From: Eledone cirrhosa
Lineage: Eukaryota
Direction: 5' to 3'
NCBI GenBank assembly: GCA_964016885.1
Contig: OZ024746.1
Span: 55,552,001 to 55,616,000, forward strand
DNA length: 64,000 nt
Position 1 is the stretch's first letter. Every line of letters starts with the position of its first letter. The notes beneath the pieces are model-generated. The model was not told where the DNA came from, did no database searches, and was given only the letters and a program-made list of their open reading frames with translations. This document shows, one piece after another, positions 33,092 to 53,064 of the stretch. The position numbers and the translations under genes are program-made.

Positions 33092-33429
33092 TTGATGATA
33101 TATTTAATGATAAACATTGATTGCCAAATAAATTAACTATGGAGATATAAGAGATACAGTAGCGAAAACCAACCCAAACCAAACAGTGAGGGTGTTCTCT
33201 TGTTATTTCCGGCAATATTATATATATATATATATATACCTCTCATGATTAACGTTAGATAATTGGCCTAGAGCTAATCTTACCGCAAGTATGTCGGTTG
33301 CGAAGCGCTTTCTAAATATCTATGCTAGCTCTCCCTCACATTTAGAGATCTATCGATACATTTTCACTGAACATTACCGATATTATTCTAATCGCTATGG
33401 TCGATGAGTGTACTTGCCAAGGTCCATCT

Positions 33430-34075
33430 GATTAAAAATGTAACCCTGTAAATGGGTTCCTCTCTGTAAAATCTACTACACATATTAGAAATTTGTTGTC
33501 TTTGTAGTCGACAATTCTGAATTGTGTACAACCTATGTTGTCATCATCTTTTTCTCTACGGAATATTCTATCTAGATAGGATCTGGATAACCCGATATGC
33601 TTTGGCCATATCCACATTGGCAATTTCGGGCAAACCATACGGTACATCTCAAACACTTGAACACGTTTGACCCGAATTTTGAAGCTATTATCCTCTCCTC
33701 TTATATTTGGAAGTTCCAGACTGTCCCAGATTGCCTCAAAGATACATTTCCAGTCACCCACTAATTCTAATCGGAGGGATGTTCGAAGAAAGTTTCCAGG
33801 TGCCAGAAGAAATAATAGTTTCAGGCCACTTCCAGGACATAGACGGCCACAAGCCTGAAAGCCATTTCTTTGCTGCTGGTTATGTCTAGCACCACCAACT
33901 TATTTTCTGGATCTAGGAGGATATTCTGTATCCTGAGATCTACATATTTCCCCGACAAACATACGATCCGAGATTTCGCACAATTACACTGCCTATCCTG
34001 ATTGAGTCCATGTTCGAAAAAAATGAGAAAGATCACTTAACCAAATTGTGTGGAAGGAGTATTGTTGGATCACCC
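33430..34075 (-). pseudogene. Decayed Tx1-like LINE apurinic endonuclease fragment
   Basis: LDPENKLVVLD..FRLVAVY, MGDWKCI, MWIW..SRSYLDRIF, FRIVDYKDNKF are colinear with the 62920-63610 endonuclease. Confidence 0.85.
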
Positions 34076-34124
34076 CTCCAGCCAGTTGTAGGCATCTCCA
34101 CTAGTATATATATATATATATTCA

Positions 34125-34636
34125 CAGTGTGATTGTAAAGTAACTTGAATGCCGAAAGTTACCTCACCATGCTGCAAGAGGAAATCTGGCCAGTTATCAG
34201 TATTTGGGAGAATATTGAAGATTTGAATTTGCTATTGTTGTTCGTTAATGGCTGAATGCCCACTTCCATGGGAGATGGATAAGAGTCGTGGTCCGCATGA
34301 GTGGCCAGCCAGAAGCCCCGACTTAAACCCAGCGACTATTTTCTTTGGGGTTGGTTAAAGGAGCAAGGCTACACAACCAAACCAACGACTTTGGAAGAAC
34401 TTGAAGGGAGAATACGAGAATTTATGTCTTCCATCCCACAAGAGTTCCTGGTGAAATTAGTTGATGCGGTTCCCAGGCGGCTTGAAAAGCTGGTGGCGAA
34501 TGTTGGTGCCCATGTCGAATTTTTCATAGAACACCATGCCATACGCTTTCCTCTCATATTCACTTCTCATAAGGATCGTAGTGTAGAAATAAATTTGAAG
34601 TATTTTAAAATAGGGAGTTACTTTTCAATCACTCTG
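34125..34636 (+). mobile_element. Internally deleted Tc1/mariner element with both TIRs
   Basis: TIR cagtgtgattgtaaagtaact / agttacttttcaatcactg(ta); frameshifted WPARSP..PSDYFLWGWLKEQ..KPTTLEELEGRI..GAHVE transposase C-terminus. Confidence 0.88.
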
Positions 34637-34879
34637 TATATCATTTTATAAATGGTTCATCGGAAATCGCTAAATGGATCAGTTAAAACTAGTTTTAGGA
34701 TTGGGTATTTTTTTTTTAGCCTGATATAATTATTTTCAATTGTGTTGGTAGTGAAATTTTTTTAGAGGAATGTAGTTTTTTTCTATAATGTTTTGTGTTA
34801 AGGTATATGTAGTGAATTAGTTTTAACATGTTATCATTATTAAAGGAATCATTGTTATTATTATTATTATTAGTAACAG

Positions 34880-35067
34880 TGAATTGGCAGTATCGGTAGT
34901 GGGTTGGACGCCATGATTTGACGCATAGAGTTAGGGCCCTTGTCATTCTGAGTTCAAATCCCGCCGAGGTTAACTTTACCTTTCATTTACGGGGTTGATA
35001 AAATAAAGTAGCAGTAATGCACTGGATAATTGCTGTCCAATAGTAGAAACAATTATTATTATTATTA

Positions 35068-35068
<1 letters not shown>
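34880..35068 (+). mobile_element. Full-length tRNA-type SINE
   Basis: A-box-like tggcagtatcggtag, B-box gagttcaaatcc, conserved core gcctttcatcc..gtcgataaa, (ATT)n tail. Confidence 0.9.
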
Positions 35069-35118
<50 letters not shown>

Positions 35119-35157
35119 ATGGTAGTAGTAGTAGGAGTAGTAGTAGCAGCATCAGTT

Positions 35158-35206
<49 letters not shown>

Positions 35207-35208
35207 CC

Positions 35209-35251
<43 letters not shown>

Positions 35252-35258
35252 CAGCAGC

Positions 35259-35317
<59 letters not shown>

Positions 35318-35343
35318 CAGCAACAGCAACAGTGGTAGTAGTA
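35069..35343. repeat. (TAG)n microsatellite
   Basis: Direct reading. Confidence 0.95.
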
Positions 35344-36971
35344 TGCACAAATGCATAAATGAAATTGAATGGATCTCTTCAATGCTAAACAGAGGAAATC
35401 TCCCCGTTCGACATTCAAACAGATACACTTACACATACATACAAACATGCACACGCACGCATGCACACACATTGCACCCTATTTAAAATATTCATAATGT
35501 TACAATGGATCTATGAATCAACAGAAGAATATGACACAACATTACATTGCTTTGGGTATATGTCTGTGTACCCCTTAAATTAATAGACGCACAAATGTTA
35601 CATTCCACTCCCTCTTCCGGAGTTGTTTTCATAAGGTTCGGCCAAAGGAATTCTCAATGAATACTTTTCTAGTTTGCAAATCAAATTTAATATATACACA
35701 AAGGATATTCTCACATTTAGCGTGATATCCTCTCGTTCAGATTGTGAAATAATTTTCAATAAGATTCAAACCCTTCGTGAGTTTATCCCACAAAAATAAT
35801 TGTCAATAACAACAACACGATTTAAAAGCAAAAATTCCTGAATTACTAACTAATACTAAAAAGGTGACAGAAGAAAACGTTTGAAGAGCCAAAATAGAGA
35901 ATATCTTCAAAATAGTAATAATGATAATAAAATAGGGACCATAATTATTGCGAAATAAAATGAGGTATAAAAATATGAAGAAAATCGATATGAATATGCA
36001 TTCAATGAATATTTGAATGCATAATTGTACAGAAATGCACAGACAGCCTTGCAGAATAGTGCAATGAGACGACATTTGTTGGAAATGGCAAAAAGATGAA
36101 AAGGTTCTTCGAGAGAATGTTTAAAAAATCCAAACAATAAAATTGAAAAGGGTTGGGGTGAATTCGGGATTGATATGGAGGTTATTATAAGAAAAATCAA
36201 TAACTGTGCAGTAATATCTGAAGAATTCATTATTGAATAACATGAGTTGATAAATAGATTTTAATGGAATTTGCCTGCCTTATTAAAATAAAATTGACAA
36301 TCAAATATACGATTATTCCCTCAAAATTACACCCACCACCTCTCTTTATTTATTTCAAATGTACACCAATATTCTTTCTGCGTGTCGATCTTAAGCTTGA
36401 TAACAATATACCATATCAAAAGTATATTGTGTATTGTATCTTATCATAAGTCGATATCTGTAATTTTGAGGATTTTTGTTTGTTCACTTCTTTAAATAAT
36501 GTTATTGAGCAAGTACATTTCAAGTCAGGATATCTGGTGACGACAGTATAATCTAAGAGAGTTTCCCTAAGATATTTTAACTGTATATATATATCAAATT
36601 CCTTAATACGGAATTGGTCACCGTCAGTTTTGACGATGATATTCCAGTAGTCCGGTCAATGGTATAGGCTTCACATGAAATTAATATGTAAACATATTTT
36701 TGTCGTGTTTTTTTTCTATAAGTTTTTTATTTGCTTGTAACATTTTCTGTTTCTTTTTTTCAAATATCTGTGCCTTATTTATCGTTAGCTTACCCTGTAT
36801 TGTAATCTTTCAAATGCATATATTATACAATAGACTGTCATAAACAGCGGTGCCTAAAACAAGCACTAAATAACGATTCCATGACATTCCAGCTTACGCA
36901 TATCACCAAAACCATGTTCCCCATTAAATATACTTGACATGATGCATTTATAATCATTATCAGTCAACGGA

Positions 36972-37156
36972 TTGACAGTATCGGTAGAGGGTCGGATGCC
37001 ATGCTTTGAAGCATTGAGTTACCTCCCTGTATGATCTGAGTTCACATCCCGCCGAGGTTAACTTTGCCTTTCATCCTTCCAGGGTCGATAGAATAAAGTA
37101 CCAGTAATGCACTGGGTAATTTGCTGGCCTTGTGCCAAAAGTAGAAACACTTATTA
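36972..37156 (+). mobile_element. SINE with target-site duplication
   Basis: SINE body flanked by agtcaacggatt on both sides. Confidence 0.9.
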
Positions 37157-38449
37157 GTCAACGGATTACTAGAATGGTCCATCAGTAATCTTTCTTTTAT
37201 TTATGTGAGTATTCATTCATAATACGTTTGATGGTACTGTTATTGTTCTTGTTGTTGTTTTTGTTACTCTTATTCTTTAGTCACATATCTTCGTTTACCA
37301 CCTCAAGAATGAAGGATTGAAATGCTTTCCCATCGGTTTAAACCCACCATGTAAATGAATGCAACTTCTTTTAAACAACACTCTTTTTATATTTTTAGAG
37401 ATACATATGCATAGATTAAATAATATATACTTGGCAATACAAGGGTAAATATAAATATTAAGACGTCGAGTACATTCTGACATAATTTTTGTTTACCGTT
37501 GTTTTCAATCCGTGGTTGCAAACGGTTTTACTTCTTAGATTTGATTTGTTAAACTTCAGAATACGTCAATGTCGTTGAAACCAGCTTAAATTAAGCACCC
37601 ACGCTAATAGTGAATATTCGGAAAACATGATTAACTAATATTCTATATACCCTAATCTTGATATGTAAATCAATAAATATTCTGAAATATTCTATCGTTA
37701 ATTTTCTTCGTTTTTAATTACTTGCAATAATCCACAAATATATTTACTCCACTATACACGATATATCTCTAACTACGGTTTGTTAGACAATGCACACGTT
37801 TTCTCTTTAGATATAAACAAAACATTACTACTGTCTTATAATCATGTAAATTGCTATATTTTTTTTCATTACATCATGGAAGAAGCAGCTAAAATCTAAA
37901 ACTCCAATACTCTAAAACTCCAATGCTTCAGTATCTTGTAATAGGGACGGAAACATTGCTATTCTTCAAATAAAAATCATGACGTACGAAAATAGAACGC
38001 ACTCCAACAAAAGCTAAGGTAGTTGTGATATAAACACAACTTAAAATATTCACAGCGAGAAAATGTCTGGTTTATTGAACATAAAACTTGTGTATATTTA
38101 TCTATATACTTATTTATTATACCGTTCGTTGCTTATATTCCTAGAGTGTTTCTATAAAATTGTTATACAAACGGTGCTTTTTTCATTTGTCATATTAGTG
38201 ATATCTCCATCAGGTTTTCTATATATTCTAGCTATTAATTCATCTCTCTGCTATTCCATAGTTATAATAACATTTATATTTGTATGGTAATAGATTTTTT
38301 TTGTACATCCATAATAATCAATACTTTAAAAGATTTAACGGTAAATATATACATGCATTCATACACGAACGCACTCACACATACACACAGCCCGACACAC
38401 ACAGACAGACACACATATATATATAAGTATATATGTATGTGTGTGTGTA

Positions 38450-38778
38450 TATATATATATATATAAATGATTGCAAAAAACCTTCTCTATATATATACAC
38501 ACACACATACACCCATACACACACACACACACACACATACACACACACATATATATATATATATAAAGAGAGAGAGAGAGATAGAGAGAGAGAATATAAT
38601 ATAATATAATATAATAATATAGATATATATATAGATAGATAGATAGATAATATAATATAATATATATACATATATATATATTATATTATATTATATTATC
38701 TATCTATCTATATATATATATATATATATATTATTATATTATATTATATTATATTCTCTCTCTCTCTATCTCTCTCTT

Positions 38779-38813
<35 letters not shown>

Positions 38814-38865
38814 ATGTGTATGTATGTATGTGTGTGTGTATATATAGAGAAGGTTTTTTTCAATC

Positions 38866-38885
<20 letters not shown>
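38450..38885. repeat. Large imperfect palindrome built from compound microsatellites
   Basis: aaatgattgcaaaaaaccttctcta..(CA)..(GA)..(ATATA)..(GATA) mirrored around ~38670 through to tagagaaggttttttcaatcattt. Confidence 0.85.
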
Positions 38886-38910
<25 letters not shown>

Positions 38911-39761
38911 TAAGCGTGTGTGTGTGCGAATGCATAAACAAACATACCGTATGCAAACATTCAATCGTGATGCACACGAGACATCAATGTTTTGCGTGTC
39001 TTCTATAATTCTCGATATTTTTAAAGTAATTTATATAGAAATTGTTATTAAGAAGATTTCATTGATCAAAGTTATTGTTCGTGATGGGTGCTAAATGTCA
39101 ACCATAGCTTCGATGGAAGATTAATATTATGTCATCGACTTCAGTTTTCATAGAAACATTTTACTTTCTATATATTTCTACCGTACCACCAGCGGCGGCA
39201 TGACCAATATCTGGCATCTAAGAACATCACTGACATTCATATACTAGCGGTAGCAATAAAAGAAATATTCCTTTGTCTAAATAAAGTAGTATGTTTTGAT
39301 TGAAAGAAATATTAATCAGTAGATTATTTACTAAACGCTAGCGCAGCGTTTTTCACGAGATAGATTTTCAGTGACTCAGGATTTATCTTATTATTTGTTT
39401 TTACAAACACTCTTTCCGCTTACAGCCGAGTAGAAATCGTTGTAAATATATTTCCTTCATTTATAGATGTTCATTTTATGAATAACATTTAGACCATTTT
39501 AGTATATTATATCTCTATCTGTCATTGGAAAATCTTCGAATTCTTTTTCCAGGCTTCATAACCCGAAAATAGATTTTAGTGAGAGCCCCTGTTCAATCAC
39601 TTTGCACTGCGTGTCTTTCCAACTACCATTGGAGTGTCCTCAATTTCTCTCTCCAGTCAGAATTTAGAGAGACCAGATTGGAAGGATATAGGGTATAAGT
39701 CAAAGAGGGTTGCTGGTATTCTTACTAAGATAATTGTTATTCTAATATGTCCCTGGAAGTA

Positions 39762-39920
39762 ATGATTGTTTCTATTTTTTGACACAAGGCCAGCTATTAT
39801 TCCAGTGCATTACTGGTACTTTATTTTATCGACCCAGTAAGGGTGATTTGAACTCAGACCGTAAAGTGGCGTGACCTTATGCTGCAATGCATGACGTCCG
39901 ACCTTCTACCGGTACTGGTA
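39762..39920 (-). mobile_element. SINE with internal deletion
   Basis: SINE match lacking the aaggcaaagttaacctcggcg segment. Confidence 0.85.
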
Positions 39921-40249
39921 ATAATATAACTCTGTAAGTTAGGGGTTTACCAACAATAACTCACAAGAAATGTTTTAAATCATTACGCAAAGGACTTAAT
40001 AAATGCAAGGATTTGAAAACAATTCTACCTCTACTGAAGTAAAAGACTATAGGGCTATGCATTTCTGGGTGATTATGAAATTGGCTCCACAAGTGTGAGG
40101 GTCGTGTACGATCACACTGTGTCATATAGAACAAATATCATTCACTATATATCAGCCATGAGTCAAGCAAACCTAGTGAGTGAAATTGGGTAACAGCAAT
40201 TAAATAAAATAACTAATTAAATCAAAATTTCAATCAAAAACAAATACAC

Positions 40250-40990
40250 CAACTATAACAACAACAATATTAGCACCAGCAACAATACATTTAAAGCAAG
40301 AATATTTTCGAAAAAGTCACCTGTTTGATGCAAGCTGCTAAAGGTATCATACTTGAGAAAACATGGCCTGGTGGAGCCAGAGAATCTGACTGAAGAGCAC
40401 TGACTTAAAGAACACCTTACATAAAACATGTCGCAAGTTCCACCAATTTGCGGGTATTTCAATGCTTTAAGGATAAAGCCAAGGCTGTCAAAGGGTCTGA
40501 TATACCGTGAAAGTGAAAAGTATCTTCTCTACGCAATATAATTTAGTAGACGGACAGTAGGTTTCAGCTTTTACAGGATTCCCTAAGAGATGAGTACCTA
40601 GTGGATACTGGCCCGCGTTCTCCTAGAAGGAAACAGTATACTCCAAGATATGAACGAAACTCAACGCAAAACCTTTCCTCTATAATGCCAGACCTCATTT
40701 ACCTTCGGAGAGGAGTAGATTTGAATTCAATGTTTAAGGTCAGAAAGATTGGTTGCCATATTTATGAGGAGACTGGCCACCTCAGTCTTTCCTGCCCACA
40801 ATAAATGCCAAGTAAACACATAGAGCACCTTGCTGCTGATACCAGAACCCCTCAAGCCATAACACCAGCACTAACTGTTAACAAAACAACAGTGGCATCA
40901 GTTCCGGTAGTAGCAGTAACATCAACAGCAAGGAAAGCAACACAAACAACAGCTGCAAGAGCACCAACATAACCAGCAATAACAACAACA
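40250..40990 (+). pseudogene. Decayed Tx1-like LINE ORF1
   Basis: MPDLIYLRRGVDL..KVRKIGCHIYEETGHLSLSCP parallels IPDIIDFEEGIQL..GRRPKCYLCGWKGHLRAFCP at ~62.0 kb; followed by a Thr/Ala-rich stretch. Confidence 0.6.
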
Positions 40991-41127
40991 ATGATAGAAG
41001 AAGAAGAAGAAGAAGAAGAAGAAGAAGAAGAAGAAGAAGAAGAAGAAGAAGAAGAAGAAGAAGAAGAAGATTCATGACGACCACCCTCAGCAGAATGGAA
41101 AACAACAGACATCGTTAAAATACTCAG

Positions 41128-41672
41128 TTGATCGATAAAATAAAGTACTAGTAATCCCGCCGAGTTTAACTTTGCCTTTCATCCTTACGGGGTCGATAAA
41201 ATAAAGTACCAGTAATACACTGGGTAATTGCTGGCCTTGTGCCTAACGTAGAAACCATTATTATTATTATCGATTGGCAGTATCAGTAGAGCGTCATACA
41301 CCATATGTTTCAGCATACAGTTATGGCATTTTACGTTCTGATTTCAAATCCTGTCGGGGTTAGCTTTTTCTTTCACCCTTACGGGGTCGATAAAATAAAG
41401 TACCAGTAATGTACTCGGATAATTGCTAGCCTTGTGTCATAAAGTAGAAACAACGGTGGGTTGGCAGTATTGGTAGAGGGTCGGACACCATGCTTAGCAG
41501 CATAGAGTTACGGTCCTTTACGGTCTGAGTTCAAATCCCGCCGAGGTTAACTTTGCCTTTCATCCTTACGGGGTCGATGAAATAAAGTACCAGTCCCGCA
41601 CTGGAGTCGATTTAATCGACTCCCCTCCCCCGCCAAAATTGCTGTCCTTGTGTCTATATAAGAAACAATCAT
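41128..41672 (+). mobile_element. Cluster of three head-to-tail SINEs (last one is a longer subfamily variant)
   Basis: Matches at ~41128-41270, 41273-41453 and 41454-41672; third copy has extra gagtcgatttaatcgactcccc segment. Confidence 0.9.
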
Positions 41673-41681
41673 TACTATTTT

Positions 41682-41766
41682 GTCATCATCATTGCCATCA
41701 TCATCATTATCTTCATCATCCTCATCATCATCATCACCACCACAACCGCTATCATCGTCATCGTCG

Positions 41767-41799
<33 letters not shown>

Positions 41800-41822
41800 C
41801 TGCCATCATCACCATTATCATG
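41682..41822. repeat. (CAT)n microsatellite
   Basis: Direct reading. Confidence 0.95.
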
Positions 41823-42796
41823 TTTACATTTGTGTAGAAATCTTCATCATTGTTATTTATTACAAAGAAATAATTATTTTCTTGAACAACATTGTCATTC
41901 ATTCAAATTTCGTTAATGCCATCATTAATATTCTTCTTATAATTATAATTAATATTACTGTTAATTTCCTGTTAATTTAATATTATATTTAATAAAAAAA
42001 ACATTTGATTGGCAGAATTAGTAGAGCACCATAGTGAATACATTGCAGCGTATAATCATGTGAATTCTCGCGTTATGTCTTTTTTTAATCAATTTGACCA
42101 TTTCTTTAGAACTGCTGGACTGGCAACCTAACAGATACCTAAGACACAGATGATGATTATCGCTAAATACTGATGTTGGTTAGATTATCAATATTAGTAT
42201 TATTGGGGCACCCACTCATGAATTATAGGAGCCCACTTGAATATATATCAATTGATGTTATACAAGCTCCTACATAAATTGGTATAATTTCACCCAAATT
42301 GTAGGAATCCTAAAATGAAACGAGACGTCCGTCTGGGAAGAGATATATTCGATATGTCTCATATGAAATAATACAGCCAATTTTCCACGCAATACTTTTA
42401 GTTAGCACCCCGAACGCATAATTGGGAATATAATCCCTTATTTCCAAATGTTTGTTGAGTGAGTTGGAATTTGGCCGGAGTATCGCTAAACAGCTTTCTC
42501 CGATATTGTATTTATTATATATACATATATATATATATAATACAATATGTTGAAAAGATAACACACTACAGAGAGAGATAGTGCGCCATCAATCAGACAG
42601 GGAAAAACCACCAGTGTATGGAATATATAGCCCATGGAAGGCAGAATAGACATACAATAATTACAAGTATGAATTAAAGTGTAAATACATACCTCGATAA
42701 CTATCTATCACACACGTAAACATCCCAAAAGATCTGTTACGCCAAATAAGTTGTTGAAAGAAATGATTAGCCCATGGTTCATAAGGCTATACATTT

Positions 42797-43250
42797 CAGA
42801 CAACTCTAAGAGAATCTAAAACGACCGTCCATCCACAGGTGCGAGAGAGAATTCACAGCGTACCTAGGGTAATAAGTGTTTCTACTTTTGGCACAAGGCC
42901 AGCAATTACACAGTACATTACTGGTACTTTATATTATCGACCTCTGTATCAGACAACTCTAAGAAAATCTAAAGCGACCGTCCAGCCACACGTGCGAGAG
43001 AGAATTCACAGCGTACCTAGGGTAATAACTGTTTCTACGTTTGGCACAAGGCCAGCAAATACCCAGTAATGTACTGGTACTTTATATTATCGACCCCTGT
43101 ATCAGACAACTCTAAGAGAATCTAAAACGACCGTCCAGCCACACGTGCGAGAGAGAATTCACAGCGTGCCTAGGGTAATAACTGCTTCTACTTTTGGTAC
43201 AAGGCAAGTAATTACCCAGTACATTACTGGTACTTTATTTCATCGACCTC
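42797..43250 (+). repeat. ~152-bp chimeric pLTR/SINE unit x3
   Basis: tcagacaactctaag..cctagggtaataa + SINE 3' end repeated at ~42797, ~42948 and ~43102. Confidence 0.9.
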
Positions 43251-43365
43251 TATATGGATGAAAGGCAAATTTAACTTCGGCGGGATATGAACTCAGATCG
43301 TAAAGGGACGTAACTATGCTGGAAATTATATCCGACCCTCTACCGATACTGCCAATTCACCGCCC
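43181..43365 (-). mobile_element. Full-length SINE with TSD ctagggtaataac
   Basis: SINE match; same 13-mer at ~43170 and ~43367. Confidence 0.9.
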
Positions 43366-43459
43366 TCTAGGGTAATAACCAGTGGCCTCTTAGGGGTACC
43401 TCCTTTGAGCACATTACTGACAGGTAATAGAGAGAGTCTATGGCTCCGTTCATTTATCG

Positions 43460-46367
<2,908 letters not shown>

Positions 46368-46369
<2 letters not shown>

Positions 46370-46405
46370 CGAAGGAGATGTGGTAAGGAACCAGATGGAC
46401 CATAA
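46368..46405 (-). mobile_element. 38-bp extreme 3' tip of the 4954/23956 PLE family inside (TA)n
   Basis: aacgaaggagatgtggtaaggaaccagatggaccataa is nearly identical to 4954-4991. Confidence 0.8.
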
Positions 46406-46672
46406 TAATATATATATATAAATACATATATACATCCAGGGGGAGAACGCAGCGTTACTGTAGGTTCACCCGAGTGACCTTTCGATGTTTAGTATCGAGA
46501 TGTTTAGTATCGAGGTGTAGAGCTTGACAGAGTGTAGTATAATGAAATAATACAAGGACGAGTGTTTACGCCTTCATTACGTTTATTTGATGGTTGACGC
46601 ACGCTTCGCTGCTGATCAGTTCAAATGTCGGTCTCTATTGATCTGACCCGACTCTCTCTCTCTCCCCCCCCC

Positions 46673-46734
<62 letters not shown>

Positions 46735-46841
46735 TTTCTACGGAAATACTTCATATATATATATTCCTTTGCCTGGCACTTGAACTAAAACCTGTTGAGA
46801 AAGTGACTTCCTTGTTCAATCATCTTACCAGAAGCCTAACA

Positions 46842-47130
46842 TTATTTGTCTAAGCAGACAGTACTTGATTTAGGAGTCGCAGAAACCCAAATGCTGGATT
46901 TTACCAACCATCCAGGGGTCCGGGTAAATTTGTTCAATGATATATTTTTTATTTGTTTGACCCGAATTACTTGGTCGTTTCTATGGCTTGCGGATAACGG
47001 TTTAACAATCGTCTCAGTGTGTTTGGCCTTCAAAGTATGTTGTTGCTCTGGTTCGTCAGAATTATTGAGCGCTTGCCACACACCTCGGAAGTTGTTCTTC
47101 GCTAATTCCAAAGCCGAAATACGATTCTCG
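46842..47130 (-). pseudogene. Possible decayed LINE ORF2 inter-domain fragment
   Basis: NNFRGVWQAL..VKQIKNISLNK..TPGWLVK loosely resembles the pre-RT W..L / NKA.G.D.IP.W.LK pattern. Confidence 0.25.
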
Positions 47131-47142
47131 CTAATTTATATT

Positions 47143-47173
<31 letters not shown>

Positions 47174-47543
47174 GTGCAATGTTTGCGCGTGTGGGTGTGT
47201 GTGGGTGTGTGTGTCTGTGTGAGTATAAAGAGATAGAGAGGGGACAAATAGAGACTGTGAGAGAGAGAGAGATTGTTGTACACTGTAGAATGTAGAATTG
47301 CCATGTAGTGTCTTCCACATTCATTTCATGGAAGTTATTAGTGTATTGGAATATATTTAATAGAGTATTAATCTTATGAAATATTAGCTGGTGAACGTGT
47401 TGTGAAGTTAGAGCTTCGTCGTATGGATTCCGGCTTTCTATGCTCATAGATTGTGTATTGATGTGTCGCTACATGAATTACCAAACTATGCTAGGGTCGT
47501 TTCTTCCAGTATATCTCTTCTTAGACTCACTTACATCTCGCTG

Positions 47544-47623
<80 letters not shown>

Positions 47624-47658
47624 TATCTCTCTCTCCCCCCTCTCTCTATAATTTACCT

Positions 47659-48308
47659 AGTTATTGACGCATTGGGGTGAGATATCTGGTCTTTAAAGCG
47701 TAGAAATATCCGAGAACCCCAGTAGACAACTGGTAAGAACCCCCCCTTCTTGCTTTCTTCTTATTCCCACTGCATTTTAAGGTATATTAAATAGCAACTA
47801 CGCAACCATTTCTATTCTCCATATATTTCATCATGTTTTCCCTGTGATCTTTCTTCTGTCTCCCTTTCTACCTACCTATTTCGCTACTTTCTACTCTCAC
47901 CACTCTTTCTTCCGCTGCCCTTCTCCCTATCTACTCTTATACCACTTTCTTCCTCTCCCTTTCTCCTTCTCACTTTCACTCCCTCGCCTGACCCTTTAGC
48001 AGTTCTTTTCTCACTTACAACTGTGGGGATCAGACGTGTGTCTATTTTCTCTCGACCACTCAGTCTTGAACTTAAGTTCTCTTATCGAGTGGTCTTGAAT
48101 TTCCTTACATTAAGTTGCTCGCACATTGTTCGGTTTGTTTGTTTTTTCACTGATTTCTGTCCTTCCCTCCCTCCTCCGTTTTCCCAATAACTTATCCAGT
48201 TATTGACGCCCTGGGGTGAGTTTTATCGTCTTTAAAGTGTAGAAATCTCCTAGACCCCAGTAGACAAGCAATGAGGAAGGTTCTTGCTTCCTTCTTATTC
48301 CCACTGCA

Positions 48309-48314
<6 letters not shown>
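47659..48314. mobile_element. Unclassified element bounded by ~120-bp direct repeats
   Basis: 47659-47780 and 48198-48314 share agttattgacgc..tggggtgag..ccccagtagacaa..ttcttattcccactgcattttaa; microsatellites on both flanks. Confidence 0.7.
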
Positions 48315-48402
<88 letters not shown>

Positions 48403-48603
48403 AATATATATTTGGGGAGGGTCATATTGATATATATAATATTGCCAGAAATAATAATAAAACACATTCACTGTTTGGTTTTGATCGGTTTTCGCTTCTG
48501 TATCTTTTATATCTCCATAGTTAATTTATCTGGCAAACAATGTTTATCATTGATTGACCACCGGTTACAAATACATATATAAGTATAAGTGTAACCACTT
48601 CTC

Positions 48604-51270
<2,667 letters not shown>

Positions 51271-51380
51271 ATGGTGGTGGTGGTAAATATATATATATAT
51301 ATATATATATACATACCATATCATTTTAATTTTATTTATTTATTTATTCTCGTTTCTGTCTCACTTTGCGCATGCGTTTG

Positions 51381-51967
<587 letters not shown>

Positions 51968-51985
51968 ATATATATATATATACAG

Positions 51986-52076
<91 letters not shown>

Positions 52077-52605
52077 TGTAAACAAAGTATCGTAGACTTA
52101 AGTTGTATGTGCTACCAAATGTTTTCGTGGTCCAGTCATGGTCACCACTATATTATTGGGGGGGGGGGGGGGCACTTTTAAACTGGCCTTTTATTGAGAC
52201 ACCGGGATATGTTTATCATCTTCTCCAGGAAAATCGGCTCCGTTTAGACCTGAAAGAGAGAGATGGGCGCTGAAAGATTTAAATGACAAAACGTCTATAA
52301 AGAAGAGGACACTACGACTCCATAAACAGTTAAGAGTTTATTAAATATAAATATGTGGAATAGCCGTTGAAAAGATCGTTTGATTAAATGCCACGTGACA
52401 TTTGATCCGACACTGTGTTTTCTGAATTCACGTCTTACTTAAATAAAATGTGTATTTCATCCTTTCGCTGACTGTCAATATATATACTAACCACAGATTG
52501 TGGTGAATTAGCTGAATTATAAAAGCCTTGTGCGTAAGGCCTGGCAGTACCCGTTACGGCCTTCACCTTTACATTTTCGCCTGTGATATTGTTAGTGTCA
52601 AATAA

Positions 52606-52779
52606 TTGTTTCTAATTTTTGGCACAAGGCCAGCAAATACCCTGTGCATTACTGGTACTTTATTTTATCGACCCCGTAAGGATGAAAGGCAAAGTCAACC
52701 TCGGCGGGATTTGAACTCAGATCGTAAACAGACGTAACTATGCTGGAAAGCATGGCGCCCGACCCTCTACCGATATTGC
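52606..52779 (-). mobile_element. SINE with target-site duplication
   Basis: SINE body flanked by agtgtcaaataat on both sides. Confidence 0.9.
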
Positions 52780-53064
52780 AGTGTCAAATAATATCGGTGT
52801 TTCGTCATATAGGCGGGCAACTTATATTGAGAATGATAGTGTGACGGTAACATAAATGATAGCAGTAGTGAAATGTTTGAAGAATTATGAAGAGGAATTT
52901 CATATCAGAGATGACAAAGGTAAATTGTTAAATGTAATGATGGCGACAATGGCGGTTAAACATTAGACGACTGTCTAATGTTAGATAGAGAGCGGCATTA
53001 AATAGTGGTGATTGTAATGGTGCAAATGGTGGTGATCGTCAGAATGAAGTTATTGCTTTTGTTA

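Noticed and set aside
34880-34965. tRNA gene suggested by A and B boxes
   Set aside because: It is the head of the multicopy SINE; no complete cloverleaf.
35800-36245. Purine-rich, protein-like plus-strand stretch
   Set aside because: Multiple stops and no recognisable motif; cannot be assigned.
42797-43250. Regularly spaced repeats reminiscent of a CRISPR array
   Set aside because: Whole 152-bp units are duplicated with no unique spacers; eukaryotic context and no cas genes.
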